A DNA stretch of 59,876 nucleotides from a virus (Duplodnaviria; Caudoviricetes), in the IMG/VR virus record IMGVR_UViG_3300031953_000008, positions 1 to 59,876 of that record. One strand, 5' to 3'. A program made the translations under genes and the position numbers. The notes below the pieces were generated by a model that worked only from the letters and a program-made list of their open reading frames with translations, was not told the DNA's origin and made no database searches. Shown piece after piece: positions 39,006-51,246 of this stretch. The number at the start of each line of letters is the position of its first letter. Position 1 is the first letter of the stretch.

Positions 39006-39317
39006 ATGAAATACCCTTTAAAACAGTATCAAGAATTAACCGCAGTTTTAAAACAGTTAGCGGTTTGTATAGACCTTAGGACAATTAACCCAAGCGCGTT
39101 GCATTTTATAGCTTTTCAGCAATGTAGCGAAGGACAGAAACACAATTGGTTTATGGCAAAAGGAAACGAACTTAAAAAAGCCTATAAATTAGAAAATTTA
39201 GAAGGTTGGGTTAAGTGGATTGAAAACACGAACCCTGATTTTTTATTATATCCTGAAGGCTGCAATGATAACCACATAGAAACCGCAATAAAAAAAGCAA
39301 TGAAAGAACTATACTAA
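39006..39317 (+). CDS. Hypothetical early protein
   Basis: Start MKYPLK; LYPEGCNDNHIETA. Confidence 0.7.
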   Translation: MKYPLKQYQELTAVLKQLAVCIDLRTINPSALHFIAFQQCSEGQKHNWFMAKGNELKKAYKLENLEGWVKWIENTNPDFLLYPEGCNDNHIETAIKKAMKELY

Positions 39318-39357
39318 CAATTTTCGGCCAATGTTCAACAATAAAAAAACCTTAAAA

Positions 39358-39531
39358 ATGAGCAAAAAAATATATTCAACCGATAAAAACCTAAACTTTG
39401 GCAAAAGAAAAAGGATCATAAAACCCACAATTGAAACAAAAATAAACCGACTCAGGGCAAAAATGCCTGTCTGGGATGCAATAACCTTTGACTGTAAAAT
39501 GGCGCAAAAATACGGGCTTCAAATAGCCTAA
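39358..39531 (+). CDS. Small basic protein; paralog of 42529-42702
   Basis: KKIYSTDKNLN.GKRKRIIK...FDCKM.QKYG. Confidence 0.75.
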   Translation: MSKKIYSTDKNLNFGKRKRIIKPTIETKINRLRAKMPVWDAITFDCKMAQKYGLQIA

Positions 39532-39574
39532 AAAACTACTTTAAAACTCAATTAACAATTTAAAAATAAACATC

Positions 39575-40468
39575 ATGAAAACCTTTAAAAAAATATCAGA
39601 TTTAGAAATTACCGATTTTTTAACCTTAAACAGGTTTACAGAATCCTACAGGGGAATAAAACAAAGTGAGGGAGACTATAACCCATATTTGAGCCCGCGC
39701 GCTATTGATTTAAAAATACAACCCGATTATATAATAAATGACGCTATTCAGGACTTAAATATAATTTCTGAACGGGTTGTAAATTTTAACGCTCGCAAAG
39801 GTGCGCGGGTTGGGGATTATATAAGCCTGCCGGACGGTCAAATGGTTATTATCTCCCACAATTGGAACGAAAACCAAGTGCAAACAAGCGGCGGCGGATC
39901 AATGCATATGGGGCAAAGTGGTTTTTTAAGTTTCTCCGGTGGGATGGATAGCGGCTTAAAAGAAACTGATTTAATACCGACAAAAGAAACAAAAAAAGGT
40001 ACTATTTGGATTTTTCACGGTGGATTTAGCGGGGGCAATCGCGGGGTATATTCAAAAATAAACTTTAGAGTATTTAAAACAAGGCCGGGTGCGGATCTTT
40101 CGGGAATCCCACAAATATCGGCATTAAAAAAACAGAAATTAATTGAAAAAAGCGAAACAATTACCCGCATAAACGGAAACGGGAACGAATACACAATGCA
40201 CATGCCCGAAATTATGATCGTGGAACCGCATGACAGTTACAAAGATAAATTTGTAAAATTCAATACCTTCACTTTAGCAGGGTTAAAATTTAAAATAACT
40301 CACTGGAACATTGCCGCATCTCAGCCAATGACAAGGAAACAAATTAATGACATGTTAAAAATGTATGCTTTTAAAGGTACATTTTACAACAATGCCAACA
40401 ATAAAAACCAACTTTTTTTGGAAGCAACAACCCCGGACGACTTTAACAGAATCTTAGAATTAAAATAA
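39575..40468 (+). CDS. Hypothetical early protein (Gly-rich beta domain)
   Basis: 297 aa; RVGDYI...GGSMH...SFSGG. Confidence 0.8.
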   Translation: MKTFKKISDLEITDFLTLNRFTESYRGIKQSEGDYNPYLSPRAIDLKIQPDYIINDAIQDLNIISERVVNFNARKGARVGDYISLPDGQMVIISHNWNENQVQTSGGGSMHMGQSGFLSFSGGMDSGLKETDLIPTKETKKGTIWIFHGGFSGGNRGVYSKINFRVFKTRPGADLSGIPQISALKKQKLIEKSETITRINGNGNEYTMHMPEIMIVEPHDSYKDKFVKFNTFTLAGLKFKITHWNIAASQPMTRKQINDMLKMYAFKGTFYNNANNKNQLFLEATTPDDFNRILELK

Positions 40469-41325
40469 AATTAATCAGGAGGTTAAAATCCCCCTTTAAA
40501 CCTTACAAAATGAAAGTTAAAAAAGTGCATATTTCAACAATTAAAAGCGGTGATACCATTATTCATTTAGGGATAATTACAACCGTTTGCAATAACAATA
40601 TTAAAGGCGGCGGTTTTATGGGTGTTTCTTTGTTTGGGGACTCCTACAATTTAGGCCGCCAATTAGTTGAAAAAGTAATAATTTAAAACCTTATAAAATG
40701 AAATACGCAATAGAACAATTAAGAAGAAACGCGGCAAATTACAATACCTCCAAACATTTAAAAGATTTGGCGAATGATTGTAAAAACGCGTCCAATTATC
40801 TTGAAGATAAAAAGTTTAATCATTTTACAGTCGGTTTTATGATCGCCGAATTAAGCGAAATAAAAGCGGCCATTGTTAGCGGCCTTAATGGATGGGGCGA
40901 CAATTACCCGGAACAGAAAAAACGCCAGGAGAAGAAGTTAAAAGAAGTAACCGAAGCGATTGAAAAACTTAAAAATTACTAAAATGAAAACTACAATACA
41001 CTCAAACGGGTCAAAATGGAACGGGCAAGAACCTGACTCAATCGACTTTTTAATAAATGAAAGACTGAATAAATACACAATAGAAGAACGGTTTTTTTCA
41101 TTTTACGAAGAAACAACAAAAGAAAAGGGAAAAACAAAAGTTAATTTTTGCCCTATCACAGAAAAAGAAACGCACGTTAATTTCTTCGGTAATTTCGAGG
41201 AATATAGTCATGTATTTAGAATTGATACGGACGATCCTGAAATAATCAAAAAACTAACTCAGGCCATTAAAAACAATAAAGGATGGCTAAAATATTATAA
41301 TAAAAACCTATTAAAATAAAACATC

Positions 41326-41835
41326 ATGGAAGCTGAAATATTAGAACAAGAAGAAGCGCAAATTTTTGAAAGTTTGGAAGATCTGGATTTTAAAATTGAC
41401 TGCCTGAAGGATAAACTTTTAAAGATCAACAAGGCATCAAATTTTACGGACTCCCTTAACGATAGTTTTTACATGGGGCGCGTTGGATTTATGGGTAAAA
41501 AAGCGAACGCGAAGAAGGAAAGAGAACTAAATAAATTTATCGACTCCTGCAATAGCGAGCGAAAAATAAACGCGGAAATTTCAACCCTTGAAAAACGAAT
41601 TTCTAAATTAAAAACAGGCTATTATTTGATCAGGAAAAATAACTTATTGGTTGATTCCTATAAATGCCTAACAGAAAAACGCGAAGCATTTGAAACGATT
41701 TTAAAAAGCAATTTGCTGAAAGGAAAACCATTAACGGAAGAAAATAAAAGCATTGTTAAGGACTTAAAAAGAGAAAACCTAGCAAAGATACGGAAAACAG
41801 AAAAACAATATAAAACAACACTTTTAACCGCTTAA
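41326..41835 (+). CDS. Coiled-coil hypothetical protein
   Basis: 169 aa. Confidence 0.7.
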   Translation: MEAEILEQEEAQIFESLEDLDFKIDCLKDKLLKINKASNFTDSLNDSFYMGRVGFMGKKANAKKERELNKFIDSCNSERKINAEISTLEKRISKLKTGYYLIRKNNLLVDSYKCLTEKREAFETILKSNLLKGKPLTEENKSIVKDLKRENLAKIRKTEKQYKTTLLTA

Positions 41836-42528
41836 AACCCTTAAAATCTCCGGTCTAATTCCTTGAAAACAAAGGAAGGTTTGAAAGTTGAACTTTTGAC
41901 CGGAAACAACTTTAAAAATAAACATTAATTAAAAACCTTAAATTATGAAAACTCAAAAAATCCACATCTTTAAAAAATTGCAGTTTGGTACATTGGCTTT
42001 TGTTGCCTGTTACTTTGTTGCGCACTTGCTTTCTGCTTTGTTTTTTCTTTAGTCCGCTTATCATTGGCGGGAAACTGCCAAAACAACCTTAAAACCTATT
42101 AAAAACCTTTAAAATATACGATTATGGAAAATGTAAAATCAGCTCCGATAAATTACCCATGTGTTATGTTTGAGAAAAAAGACACTATAGGGATCAGCTT
42201 AACTGAAAAAGACTTAATGAAAAAATTTGCTCTAATAAATAATGTAGATGAGTATTTTACAAAAAAAGCAAGTTTTGAAAATCCTGTTATCTGCCATTAT
42301 TACTCTGTAATAAATGAAGCGTTAAGAATAAACAAAATGCTATAAATAAAAAACCTTAAAAATTATTGTTATGTGGAAAATAAAAACCTTTAAAACCTTG
42401 AAAGAGTTAAACAGGTTTAAAGATGCAAATAAAAATAAATTTCAGATGGTAGAGGTATTTTTAAATAACTCTTTTGGACTGGATTGTAAAAAACTTAAAA
42501 AAATAACCTTTTAAAAACCTTAGAAAAA

Positions 42529-42702
42529 ATGACCAAAAAAATATATTCCACCGATAAAAATTTGAATTACGGAAAAAGAAAGAGGATCATAAAAGCGACT
42601 GCCGAAATAAAAACGAACGCGTTAAAATCCACCTTTAGCACGTGGGAAAAAATCGTATTCGACTGTAAAATGGGGCAAAAATACGGCTTTCAACAGGCTT
42701 AA
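42529..42702 (+). CDS. Paralog of 39358-39531
   Basis: 57 aa MTKKIYSTDKNLNYGKRKRIIK...FDCKMGQKYGFQQA*, not in the ORF track. Confidence 0.75.
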   Translation: MTKKIYSTDKNLNYGKRKRIIKATAEIKTNALKSTFSTWEKIVFDCKMGQKYGFQQA

Positions 42703-45431
42703 AACTGAATTAAAAACCTAAAAATACAAGGAAATGAAAACAATAATAATTTTAGCTTCCACGAAAAAAGAAGCCTTAGAAATTGCGAACAGGGAAACAG
42801 AAAAATTAGAGTTTCAGTCTGTTTATAAATACAGTAAAGGAAAAGGAAATAATTTTTATCAATTTGTAATAAACCCATAAAAATATGGATATCTCGGTAA
42901 AAAAAGGGCATTTGACCCAAACGGAAAAAACCCACATTAAGGCTATTTTAGACGCCAATTTAAAAAGTGGTAAGATAGGGCGAAAAACATATTTTCTGTC
43001 CTTAAAAAATGACTTGTACACCGTAAAAATACGCCAAATGGGGCGCGGGCTTGGCTTTATAGGTTCTGAATTAAAAGAAGAAACAAACACACACCAATTC
43101 ACAATTTAAAAAATAAAATCATGGCAAATATAACAATAGAAAAAATCAGGCAATTACCTAAAGGTTTTCAAGAAAGCATTATTGAAAGAAGTCAGATAAA
43201 AGCGGCAATTTCAAACGCAAACCAGTTTAAAACCTATGCGAGATACTGCGCAAAAAAACACAAAGAATATCCCGGGCAATCCTGGGATATAGTTGGGGCA
43301 AATTCATTGATGCCTTATTATGAAAAACTTTTATCGGTTGAAGAATTGGCCAATAAATATAAAGAATTATGGGGCGAAAACTTTTATAAATGCAAGCTCC
43401 AATGCGAAAAAATACTATCAATTTAAAAACCCTTAAAAATGATCATAGATGCACAAATAAGAAGTTTACAGAACTTCGCAGACAACTTTGAATTGACCGT
43501 AAAATACTATCAATTTGATGATTTAAGAAAAAGAACAAAATTCATCCTTGTAAAAAATACCACTTCAATAACGCAACCTTTGAGTTATGAAGAAATGAAT
43601 ATTTTTTTACTGGGGATTAAAAGATGTAAGGAATTTAATATCTAAAATAAAAACCTCCCACCAATGAACAAAACAATTCAACATTTAAAAAATGGCGATT
43701 TTAAAACAGTAAACGCCGAAAATAAAAAGGAAATTATGAAAAGGAAATTTACAAAAGGTGATATGGTTGGGTGGAAATCCAATACTGAATTTACTAAAGA
43801 AAATAAAAACAAACCCGCGCAAAGAGTAATTGACTATAAAAAATGTATTGATGGCGAAGGGTGGGAATATAGAATAACAAATTGCATGGGATGGCAAATG
43901 CAGCACGAACTTGAAAACAGAATTTAAAAAACCTTAAAAAATGGAAGCACAAACAATCACAAACGCGATAAATTACGAACGTTTAAGGGAATTTGAAACC
44001 AAATTGCAAGGGGTTGAGTCTCTTTTGGTAGAAATGTACCCCGATGATTTTAAGGGGCAGAAAACCCTAGAAAAAAAGGTACGAAAAGCCCTGCAAACCG
44101 TTTGGGATATGCGAAGGGATTACGACGTTAAAAAACTAATGGAGAATAAAAAAGTACAAATTTAAAAAACCAAAAAATGGAAATCTTATCTGAAAAAATT
44201 AAAAAGAAATTCGACTACAACGGCATTGAATTAAAAATAGTGGAACGTGAGGAATACTATTTAAACTCAGGAGAAACAATGAAAATGATTCGAGTAATTG
44301 CACCAAGCGGGGGCGTGATCCCTGTAAAAATACGGCATAAACAAACCTTAAAAAGCATTATAGAAGATACTATTGAAACCCTTGATAATTTCAATAGTGT
44401 TGGTATGGATGTAAAAAACGAACTAACAAAAACAACGATTTAAAACAATAACCAATGGGAAATAAAAAAGGATTATTCAAAATGTTCACCAGCCTGTTCT
44501 CGGCCAATGAAACAAGTAAATTACCAACAGTAGAGGAAGCACTAAACAAATTAAAACGACGGGACGAAGCCGCAAAGGTACGCCAAAAACGAAATCAAGG
44601 ACTCACACGGTACTTTTTCGATAAGAACCACCTTTGGGCTTTGAACGAAAAGAACGCCACGGAAAAAGCCTTAAAATTGGGATGGATCAAACCACTTAAA
44701 AAATAGTTATGAAAAAAATAGCAATTATAGGATGTTCAAATTTAGGAACTTCAATGATAAAAAAATTAGAAATGGAAAGGGGAATTAAAATCGTGGAAGC
44801 GGAAAAACAAAACCCTTTTGATCCTGAGCCAATGTTGTTTACAAATCCTTATGTGGATATAGCCGACAACTTATTGGACGAAAAAATAATAACCAAAAAT
44901 TATTACCCGAACAAGGGTTCTAAATACCACAAATAAAAAGATGGACTTACGAGGAAATTCACGCAAAAACACATTGATAGCACTTGGCTGTCTTATTCTC
45001 TCGATGCTCGCTGGCATTGGCGGGATTCTACTGGTTATTTCTTAAAATAAAACGAACATTACTTGTATATTAATACAAAGTAAACTAAATTGGACACAAA
45101 TTAGAAACTTAGATTATGAAAACACCTAAACAAATAAAAGCAGAAATCTTAAATTGCACAGAAGAAATAAATTTCCTAAAGAAAGAAGCTGAAAGAGGAT
45201 ATATAAATTACGATATTAAGATTGGACAAGTAGAAGTCAAGAGTTTAGCTTTACAATGGACACTAAAACCCGCCAAATGAAACCCGATAAAAAAAACGTC
45301 TTTGAAACGGTTTTCCAGCCTAAAATAAAAAAAATGAGCCAATGGTATTCAGATAAAATAAACGACGGAATAGGGAAATGGCTCAAAGCAACTGGAACAA
45401 ATGAATAATTAAAACCTTAAAACCTTAGAAA

Positions 45432-45701
45432 ATGAAAACAATAAAAATACAGGTAATGGAAACCACCACCACTAAAAAAGAAGTGGAATTTGAAATCCCT
45501 TGTTTCAGAAAAGATGGAGTGCGATATTATAAGGTGCTCGACGAAAATAAAGCTATTGAAGTAGTTTTATTTAAGGCGTATAATGATTATATCTTACAAT
45601 CAAATACAGCCGAATCAGCTTTTAGGGACGGCTCAGAACCTTGCACCGAGGAAGAATTTAACACCGCTTTCGCCACTGCAATTAAAAACCTATCGATATG
45701 A
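45432..45701 (+). CDS. Hypothetical protein
   Basis: 89 aa; tandem AAAACCTTAAAACCTTAGAAAATG leader. Confidence 0.7.
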   Translation: MKTIKIQVMETTTTKKEVEFEIPCFRKDGVRYYKVLDENKAIEVVLFKAYNDYILQSNTAESAFRDGSEPCTEEEFNTAFATAIKNLSI

Positions 45702-45915
45702 AACACCACCGAACAGGAACAACGACCGTTGACCTTCAATTTGAAATGTGCGATGTATTAGAAATAGTGGTCGAGGAACTAAAAACCTTCAACAAAGACA
45801 ACCCGGACGATGATGAACTGCGGGAAAAATACGAAGGAGTACAAAAACAACTCAACCAGGCACTTCGCAGTATCATAGAAATCGAAATGTTCAACCTAAG
45901 TAAAAAACGAAAGAA

Positions 45916-46281
45916 ATGAGAACAATAAAATTCAGAGGAAAAAGAATTGACAATAGAGAATGGGTTTACGGTTTTTTAGTAAAAGACCCACAAGAAAAAT
46001 ATAGAATTTACTACCAACCATTTGAGGAGGCCACAAGTAATACATATCATTTTGTTGATCCTGAAACAGTAGGTCAGTACATAGGTAAAATTAAAACTGA
46101 ACAAGAAATTTACATTAACGACCTCGTTCAACACGGTGAAACTGTCAGAATTGTTGAATATAGAAATGGAAATACTTGCTTAATTAGGCAAAATAAACAA
46201 GACTCTATTTTATTGTCTTTTTCAGAAAACCCTAAAAAAGTGGGGAACATTTTTGATAACCCAGAACTTTTAACACCTTAA
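45916..46281 (+). CDS. YopX-family protein
   Basis: MRTIKFRGKRID..EWVYG...V.PETVGQY.G...VGNIFDNPELL. Confidence 0.9.
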   Translation: MRTIKFRGKRIDNREWVYGFLVKDPQEKYRIYYQPFEEATSNTYHFVDPETVGQYIGKIKTEQEIYINDLVQHGETVRIVEYRNGNTCLIRQNKQDSILLSFSENPKKVGNIFDNPELLTP

Positions 46282-47598
46282 AGCAATGAAACTCCACATA
46301 AAAATAAAAAACGGGCATTGGACGGTGAACGGTAAAAAATTTAACGAACTCGGTATGATGGAAACCGATTTTATGAACCGTTATTTTCAGGAGGTAAAAC
46401 TGAATAATGAATTAAAAAAACTTTAAAAAATGGACTACTCAAACATCAAAACAAGTACCGCAATGAATAAGTCGGTTAAAGAACAATTATTGCTCAGGGA
46501 TGACCACCTTTCCAAATACGCCGCAAAGCGAATTGAGGAATTAGAGATAGTTGCATCGCTAGCGTATGCAGCAATTAGGCATAATCCAGAACCATCTAGA
46601 TCTGAATTAAATGCTTATTTTGAATTAGAAAAAAATATTTAATTATGAATTACGAAAACATCGACAATATTGTAGTGAGCAAAACACCATCAGACGATCA
46701 GTGGGTAGAATCTGCTGACCGAAATGGAAAACCAATGGCACAGGAGGAAATCAACGCCCTGACCAATGAACAGCATTATGAACTGATCCTCAAATCAAGG
46801 GGGATATTGCAATAACCTAAAACCTTTAATTATGAAATTATTTGAATTAAGACCAAGAAAAGATTTACTTAAAAACGACAACCCATGGGAGCCTTGGTAC
46901 GATAAAACTTTTGGGTTTGTTGTTCGGGCAAAAACAGCCCAAAAAGCCAGAGAATATGCAGACGAGTACTCAAGTGAAGAAAATGATGGAGGTAAAAATC
47001 CTTGGTTACATGAAAAATATTCCACTTGTAATGAACTCACTAGAAACGGTGATGAATGTATAATTATGGCAGATACTCATTCCGCTTAACTAACAACTAA
47101 AAAAAAATAAAAAATGAACGTATATGTAGTAATAGATTTGGAACGCTTGGGAAAAGTAACCGACACCCCAAGTACTTACGGAAGTTTAAAAGAACTTGTT
47201 TCGGCCAATATCGAGGACAAAGGTAAAATCCTAACTTATTCAGGTCTATGGGAAAGGCTCTCTAAGAACTCAGATGTGCATTATTGGCGGAGCGAGAGGT
47301 ACATCATAAAACAATGTGAGGTACAACGCAGTAAACAGAAAAACCCTAAAAAGTAAGATATGGCACGATTAGACAAAGAAAGGCAAGATAAATTAGAGCC
47401 TAAAAGGAAAGATTTAGCATTGGGCAGAATCAAGGAATTGGGATTAGAAATACTTTTAGTAACCGATTCGAGAATTGATTTTCTGTTCAATGACAATAAA
47501 ATTTCTTACTATCCCTATTCAGGATGGCATACAGGAAAAGGAATTAGGGATGGTAGGGGATGGAGCAATTTAAAAAATCAATTAACAACTTAGAAATT

Positions 47599-47970
47599 AT
47601 GAAAAATCCAGGATTAGCACATAAAATGCCAGACGGGAGTCTTTTCTTGACGTACAAAGGTCTTTTGGAATTAGCGGACAGAAGCGGTAAATTTAAAGAG
47701 CATTTTGTCACCGAGGTAAAAATAGATGATGAAGTTAAAGGGTTTCTTTCTTATTTTAAATTGATCAGTGGTGAGGAACAATATTTATTTATGACCGTTG
47801 CCGAGATTACTGATCGGGTCAATAAAACAAACAAATCCTTTAACGAAGGGAAAGGTGTTTGGGTAGATTACTTTAATATTATGGCTTCAAAAATGGTTCA
47901 CAAAATGAATTTATTGAACCCCAAAAACAAATCACACGATATAATAATGAACGAATTAACAACTAAATAA
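47599..47970 (+). CDS. Short RecT-core paralog
   Basis: YKGLLELADRSGKFK, W...F..MA.K.V align with the adjacent RecT. Confidence 0.65.
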   Translation: MKNPGLAHKMPDGSLFLTYKGLLELADRSGKFKEHFVTEVKIDDEVKGFLSYFKLISGEEQYLFMTVAEITDRVNKTNKSFNEGKGVWVDYFNIMASKMVHKMNLLNPKNKSHDIIMNELTTK

Positions 47971-47978
47971 AAATAATT

Positions 47979-48947
47979 ATGGCAGACATTGTAAAAACAA
48001 CATCAGTAAAAAGTATTCTGGAATCTGAAAATGTAAAAGGTAGGCTTCAAGAAATACTTGGGAAAAATGCGGCGACTTTCGCAACTTCTGTAATACAGAT
48101 AGCGCAAACTCCTGCATTATCAAAATGCGAACCCGCCTCCATAGTTGGAGCCGCAATGACCGCAGCCACCTTGAATTTACCTATAAATAATATGCTTGGG
48201 TATAGTTATATTATACCTTTTGGGACTAAAGCCACCTACCAAATTGGGGTTAAAGGGTACGTACAATTGGCGCAGCGTTCCGGCCAATTCAAATTTTTAA
48301 AAACATCCGATGTTAAAGAAGGTGAAATGATCCACAGAAACCGATTGACAGGACAAATAGATTGGGATTGGATTCAGGACGACAAAGAACGCGCAAATAA
48401 AAAAACAATCGGTTACGTGGCGTTTATGAGCCTTATCAATGGATATGAAGATACGCATTATATGAGCCTTGATGAAGTCCAAGCGCACGGGAAAAAGTAT
48501 TCTCAAATGTACAAGAGAAATTCAGGTTTATGGGTTACAGAGTTTGATCTTATGGCTGAAAAAACGGTTTTAAAATTACTATTAAGCAAAAAAGCACCAC
48601 TTTCAACCGAGCTTCAAATCGCAGTAAGGAACGACCAAGCCGCGGTCAATGACCCCGAAAACATAGAAGATATTTCTTATTTGGACAATGAAGAACTTGA
48701 ACCCGAAGTCGACCACGAAGCAGAACGTCAGGCAGATGTAATGACCAATTTAAAAACAAGGGAAGATTTCGATTATGCGATAGGGGTTGTTGATAAAGAG
48801 GATTTGGTAAAAGAACTTCATTTGCAGATCGTGGCATTTGTCAGTGATGAAGAAAGCCTTATTTGGGCAAAAGAAATCGTAACAGATGAAGTCGCCAAGG
48901 CTAATCTGAAACTGAAAGAAATAAAAATCAAAAAAGAACTTAAATAA
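47979..48947 (+). CDS. recT: RecT-family single-strand annealing protein
   Basis: SIVGAAM.AA.LNL...LGYSYIIPF, KGYVQLAQRSGQ, W..EFD.MAEKTVLK. Confidence 0.92.
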   Translation: MADIVKTTSVKSILESENVKGRLQEILGKNAATFATSVIQIAQTPALSKCEPASIVGAAMTAATLNLPINNMLGYSYIIPFGTKATYQIGVKGYVQLAQRSGQFKFLKTSDVKEGEMIHRNRLTGQIDWDWIQDDKERANKKTIGYVAFMSLINGYEDTHYMSLDEVQAHGKKYSQMYKRNSGLWVTEFDLMAEKTVLKLLLSKKAPLSTELQIAVRNDQAAVNDPENIEDISYLDNEELEPEVDHEAERQADVMTNLKTREDFDYAIGVVDKEDLVKELHLQIVAFVSDEESLIWAKEIVTDEVAKANLKLKEIKIKKELK

Positions 48948-48958
48948 AAACCTGAATT

Positions 48959-49198
48959 ATGAGTGAAACTAAAAACCCAAACGCATTTCCATTATCAAGT
49001 TATGCTATTGAAAGAGGTGCTGTGCGAGAAGAAGATCACCCCTCAGGAATGACCCTTCGCGATTACTTCGCAGCTAAAGCATTGGCCGGGATTTTATCGG
49101 GAAATGAAATCATACGAACAGGCAAGAAAACAAGTAGTTCAATCGCATCATACGCATACTCAATAGCCGATGCAATGCTAAAACAACGAGAACTATGA
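48959..49198 (+). CDS. GMTLRDYFAAKA family protein
   Basis: Paralog of 33935-34171. Confidence 0.8.
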   Translation: MSETKNPNAFPLSSYAIERGAVREEDHPSGMTLRDYFAAKALAGILSGNEIIRTGKKTSSSIASYAYSIADAMLKQREL

Positions 49199-49649
49199 GC
49201 GTAAAATCCCCCTCAATGACCCACGCACAACGGACAATAATCATTGCCAAGGTGTGTAAATTATACAACGCAAGGGCAAAGAATATGACCTCGCCCACCC
49301 ATAAAACAAGGGAAGAAAAAGCACAACTTGAAGCGTTTTTGCGTGCCCAATGCCTATCGGAAGGACTTATTTACATTGGGATGAAACACATATTACTTAT
49401 TAACTATTAAAAATTATGGAAACGATACATCAAATTATACAGGAAAGTGTCAGTGGCGGATTTTGGAAGTTCGTAGGCTATTGGCTTATGGTTGCCCTTA
49501 TACTCGTAATACCCGCCCAAGTGATATTTATTGCCATCAACAGACCGCTCAGGCATTGGAATATCAGAAAACACGGTTATCCACCTGCTCATTGTGATGC
49601 GGATGGCGATTTTAAAAAAGATGAAGATTAACTATTAAACCTTAAAACA

Positions 49650-50642
49650 ATGAGAAAAATAGATTGGGACAAATACCGCTTTAGGTGCTCACAGTTATCG
49701 CTTATTATGGGCGGAAATATCGGGCTCACTGAAAAACAACTCTCCGATATGGAGGAGTTGAAAAACGAAAAGAAAACAGGGGTAAACATCAATAATAATA
49801 AAATAAAATGGACGGATGCAAAGGAAGAAAAACTTTCCGCCTTTATAAAAACCCACGAAGAACAAGAATTGCCTAAAGGGATGCAGACTGAATTACGTAA
49901 GATTTTCAGGGCAGAATCCGAGGACAGGAACTTCGTTATGACCACAAAATATTTGGTTAAGGGGTTACAACAGGAAGAAGAAAGTATCACTCTGTACCAA
50001 CAATACCGAAACTCAAATGGCATCAGAACGTATTTTAAAAAGAACGATGTGCGTTTGTACAATGAGTACCTTTCGGGAGAACCAGATATAAACCCACTTA
50101 TAGCAGAAATAGAGGGGGTCAACAAGAAAATCGGATTTGATACAAAAACCGCTTGGGAGTTAAAGACGATGCCTTTTCCTGACGACGCATTGTCAAAACC
50201 GAACGATTGGCAGAACCACGGCTATATCTTTTTGACAGGGGCGGATGAATGGTGGACGGTGAACGCTTTGGTAAACGCTACGGAAGATGCAGTTTTTAAG
50301 GAAAAACAAAAACATTACTTTGCCTTAAAAACGAAAGATCGTATGCCTGATGAAGAAGGAAGCAAATACTACGATGAGTACATTCGGTTGTGTCGGGATA
50401 TCGAGAAAATGATGATTTTTGATTATGACCGATTTGTAGATCAAAACGCGCATATTATGGAAATACAAAAAGAAGAATGGCACAGAAACCAATGGGATAT
50501 CATTATGAGCAGAAGAATTGTCGAGCGAGCCACCTATTATTCTGCTAAAAAACAACAAGAAATAATCGACCGTGTGCTTATCGGAAGAAAATATTTTAAA
50601 CAACTTCAATCACAAATAGACAGCCAAAAACTTTTGGTTTAA
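49650..50642 (+). CDS. Lambda-exo/YqaJ-like exonuclease
   Basis: FRCSQL, TKYL.KG...EE, SGEPD...DTKT (PD-D/ExK), WQ..GY. Confidence 0.75.
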   Translation: MRKIDWDKYRFRCSQLSLIMGGNIGLTEKQLSDMEELKNEKKTGVNINNNKIKWTDAKEEKLSAFIKTHEEQELPKGMQTELRKIFRAESEDRNFVMTTKYLVKGLQQEEESITLYQQYRNSNGIRTYFKKNDVRLYNEYLSGEPDINPLIAEIEGVNKKIGFDTKTAWELKTMPFPDDALSKPNDWQNHGYIFLTGADEWWTVNALVNATEDAVFKEKQKHYFALKTKDRMPDEEGSKYYDEYIRLCRDIEKMMIFDYDRFVDQNAHIMEIQKEEWHRNQWDIIMSRRIVERATYYSAKKQQEIIDRVLIGRKYFKQLQSQIDSQKLLV

Positions 50643-50953
50643 CGGAAAAATTAATGTCAATCTAAAAACGTAATTTTATGAACATTTTGAAACTATCAGA
50701 CGACAAAGAAAATCTTGAAGCCGACATCAGGCTTTTAATAATGGATTTTACGAACAAATATCCCGAAGTGGATTTAGAAATGAAAATAAGTAAACAATTT
50801 GAAACAATTGTAAACGGTATAGTAAACACAAGGGTTTTAACCCATATAGATGTAAAATTAAACGCAAAAATAATAATTTAATAAACGCTTCTAAATATCT
50901 TCTATTGGCAATAATTTATTACCTTTGGTAAATAATCTAAACAACAATATATT

Positions 50954-51241
50954 ATGGACTTAGGTAAATCAATTAAAATAATTAGAAAAGAAGGAGGGTT
51001 TAAACAAAATGAATTTTGCGAATTAGTAGGAATCACACAAAGTTATTTATCCTCCATTGAGAACAACAAAAAGAAACCGAGTATCGAGGTTCTTGAAAAA
51101 ATCACTAATGCTCTTAATATTCCTTTAGCGTTATTATTCTGGTTTACATTGACCGAAGATGATATTACAGAAAGCAAAAAAGAATCTTACAGATTAATAA
51201 AGCCGTCTATTGATGGATTGCTTAATGCTTTTTTTAATTGA
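50954..51241 (+). CDS. XRE-family HTH regulator
   Basis: IRKE.G.KQNEF.ELVGITQSYLSSIENNKKKPS; own TACCTTTG box. Confidence 0.9.
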   Translation: MDLGKSIKIIRKEGGFKQNEFCELVGITQSYLSSIENNKKKPSIEVLEKITNALNIPLALLFWFTLTEDDITESKKESYRLIKPSIDGLLNAFFN

Positions 51242-51246
51242 TTATT

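Larger units (their letters stand above)
38260..47593 (+). other. Early region: ~40 small co-oriented ORFs, mostly hypothetical
   Basis: Dense ORFs with A-rich, SD-less leaders carrying AACCTTA or AACTTTTAA. Confidence 0.85.

Noticed and set aside
50954-51241. CI repressor / lysogeny module
   Set aside because: No peptidase domain, no divergent cro, and no integrase or parA seen; lifestyle unresolved
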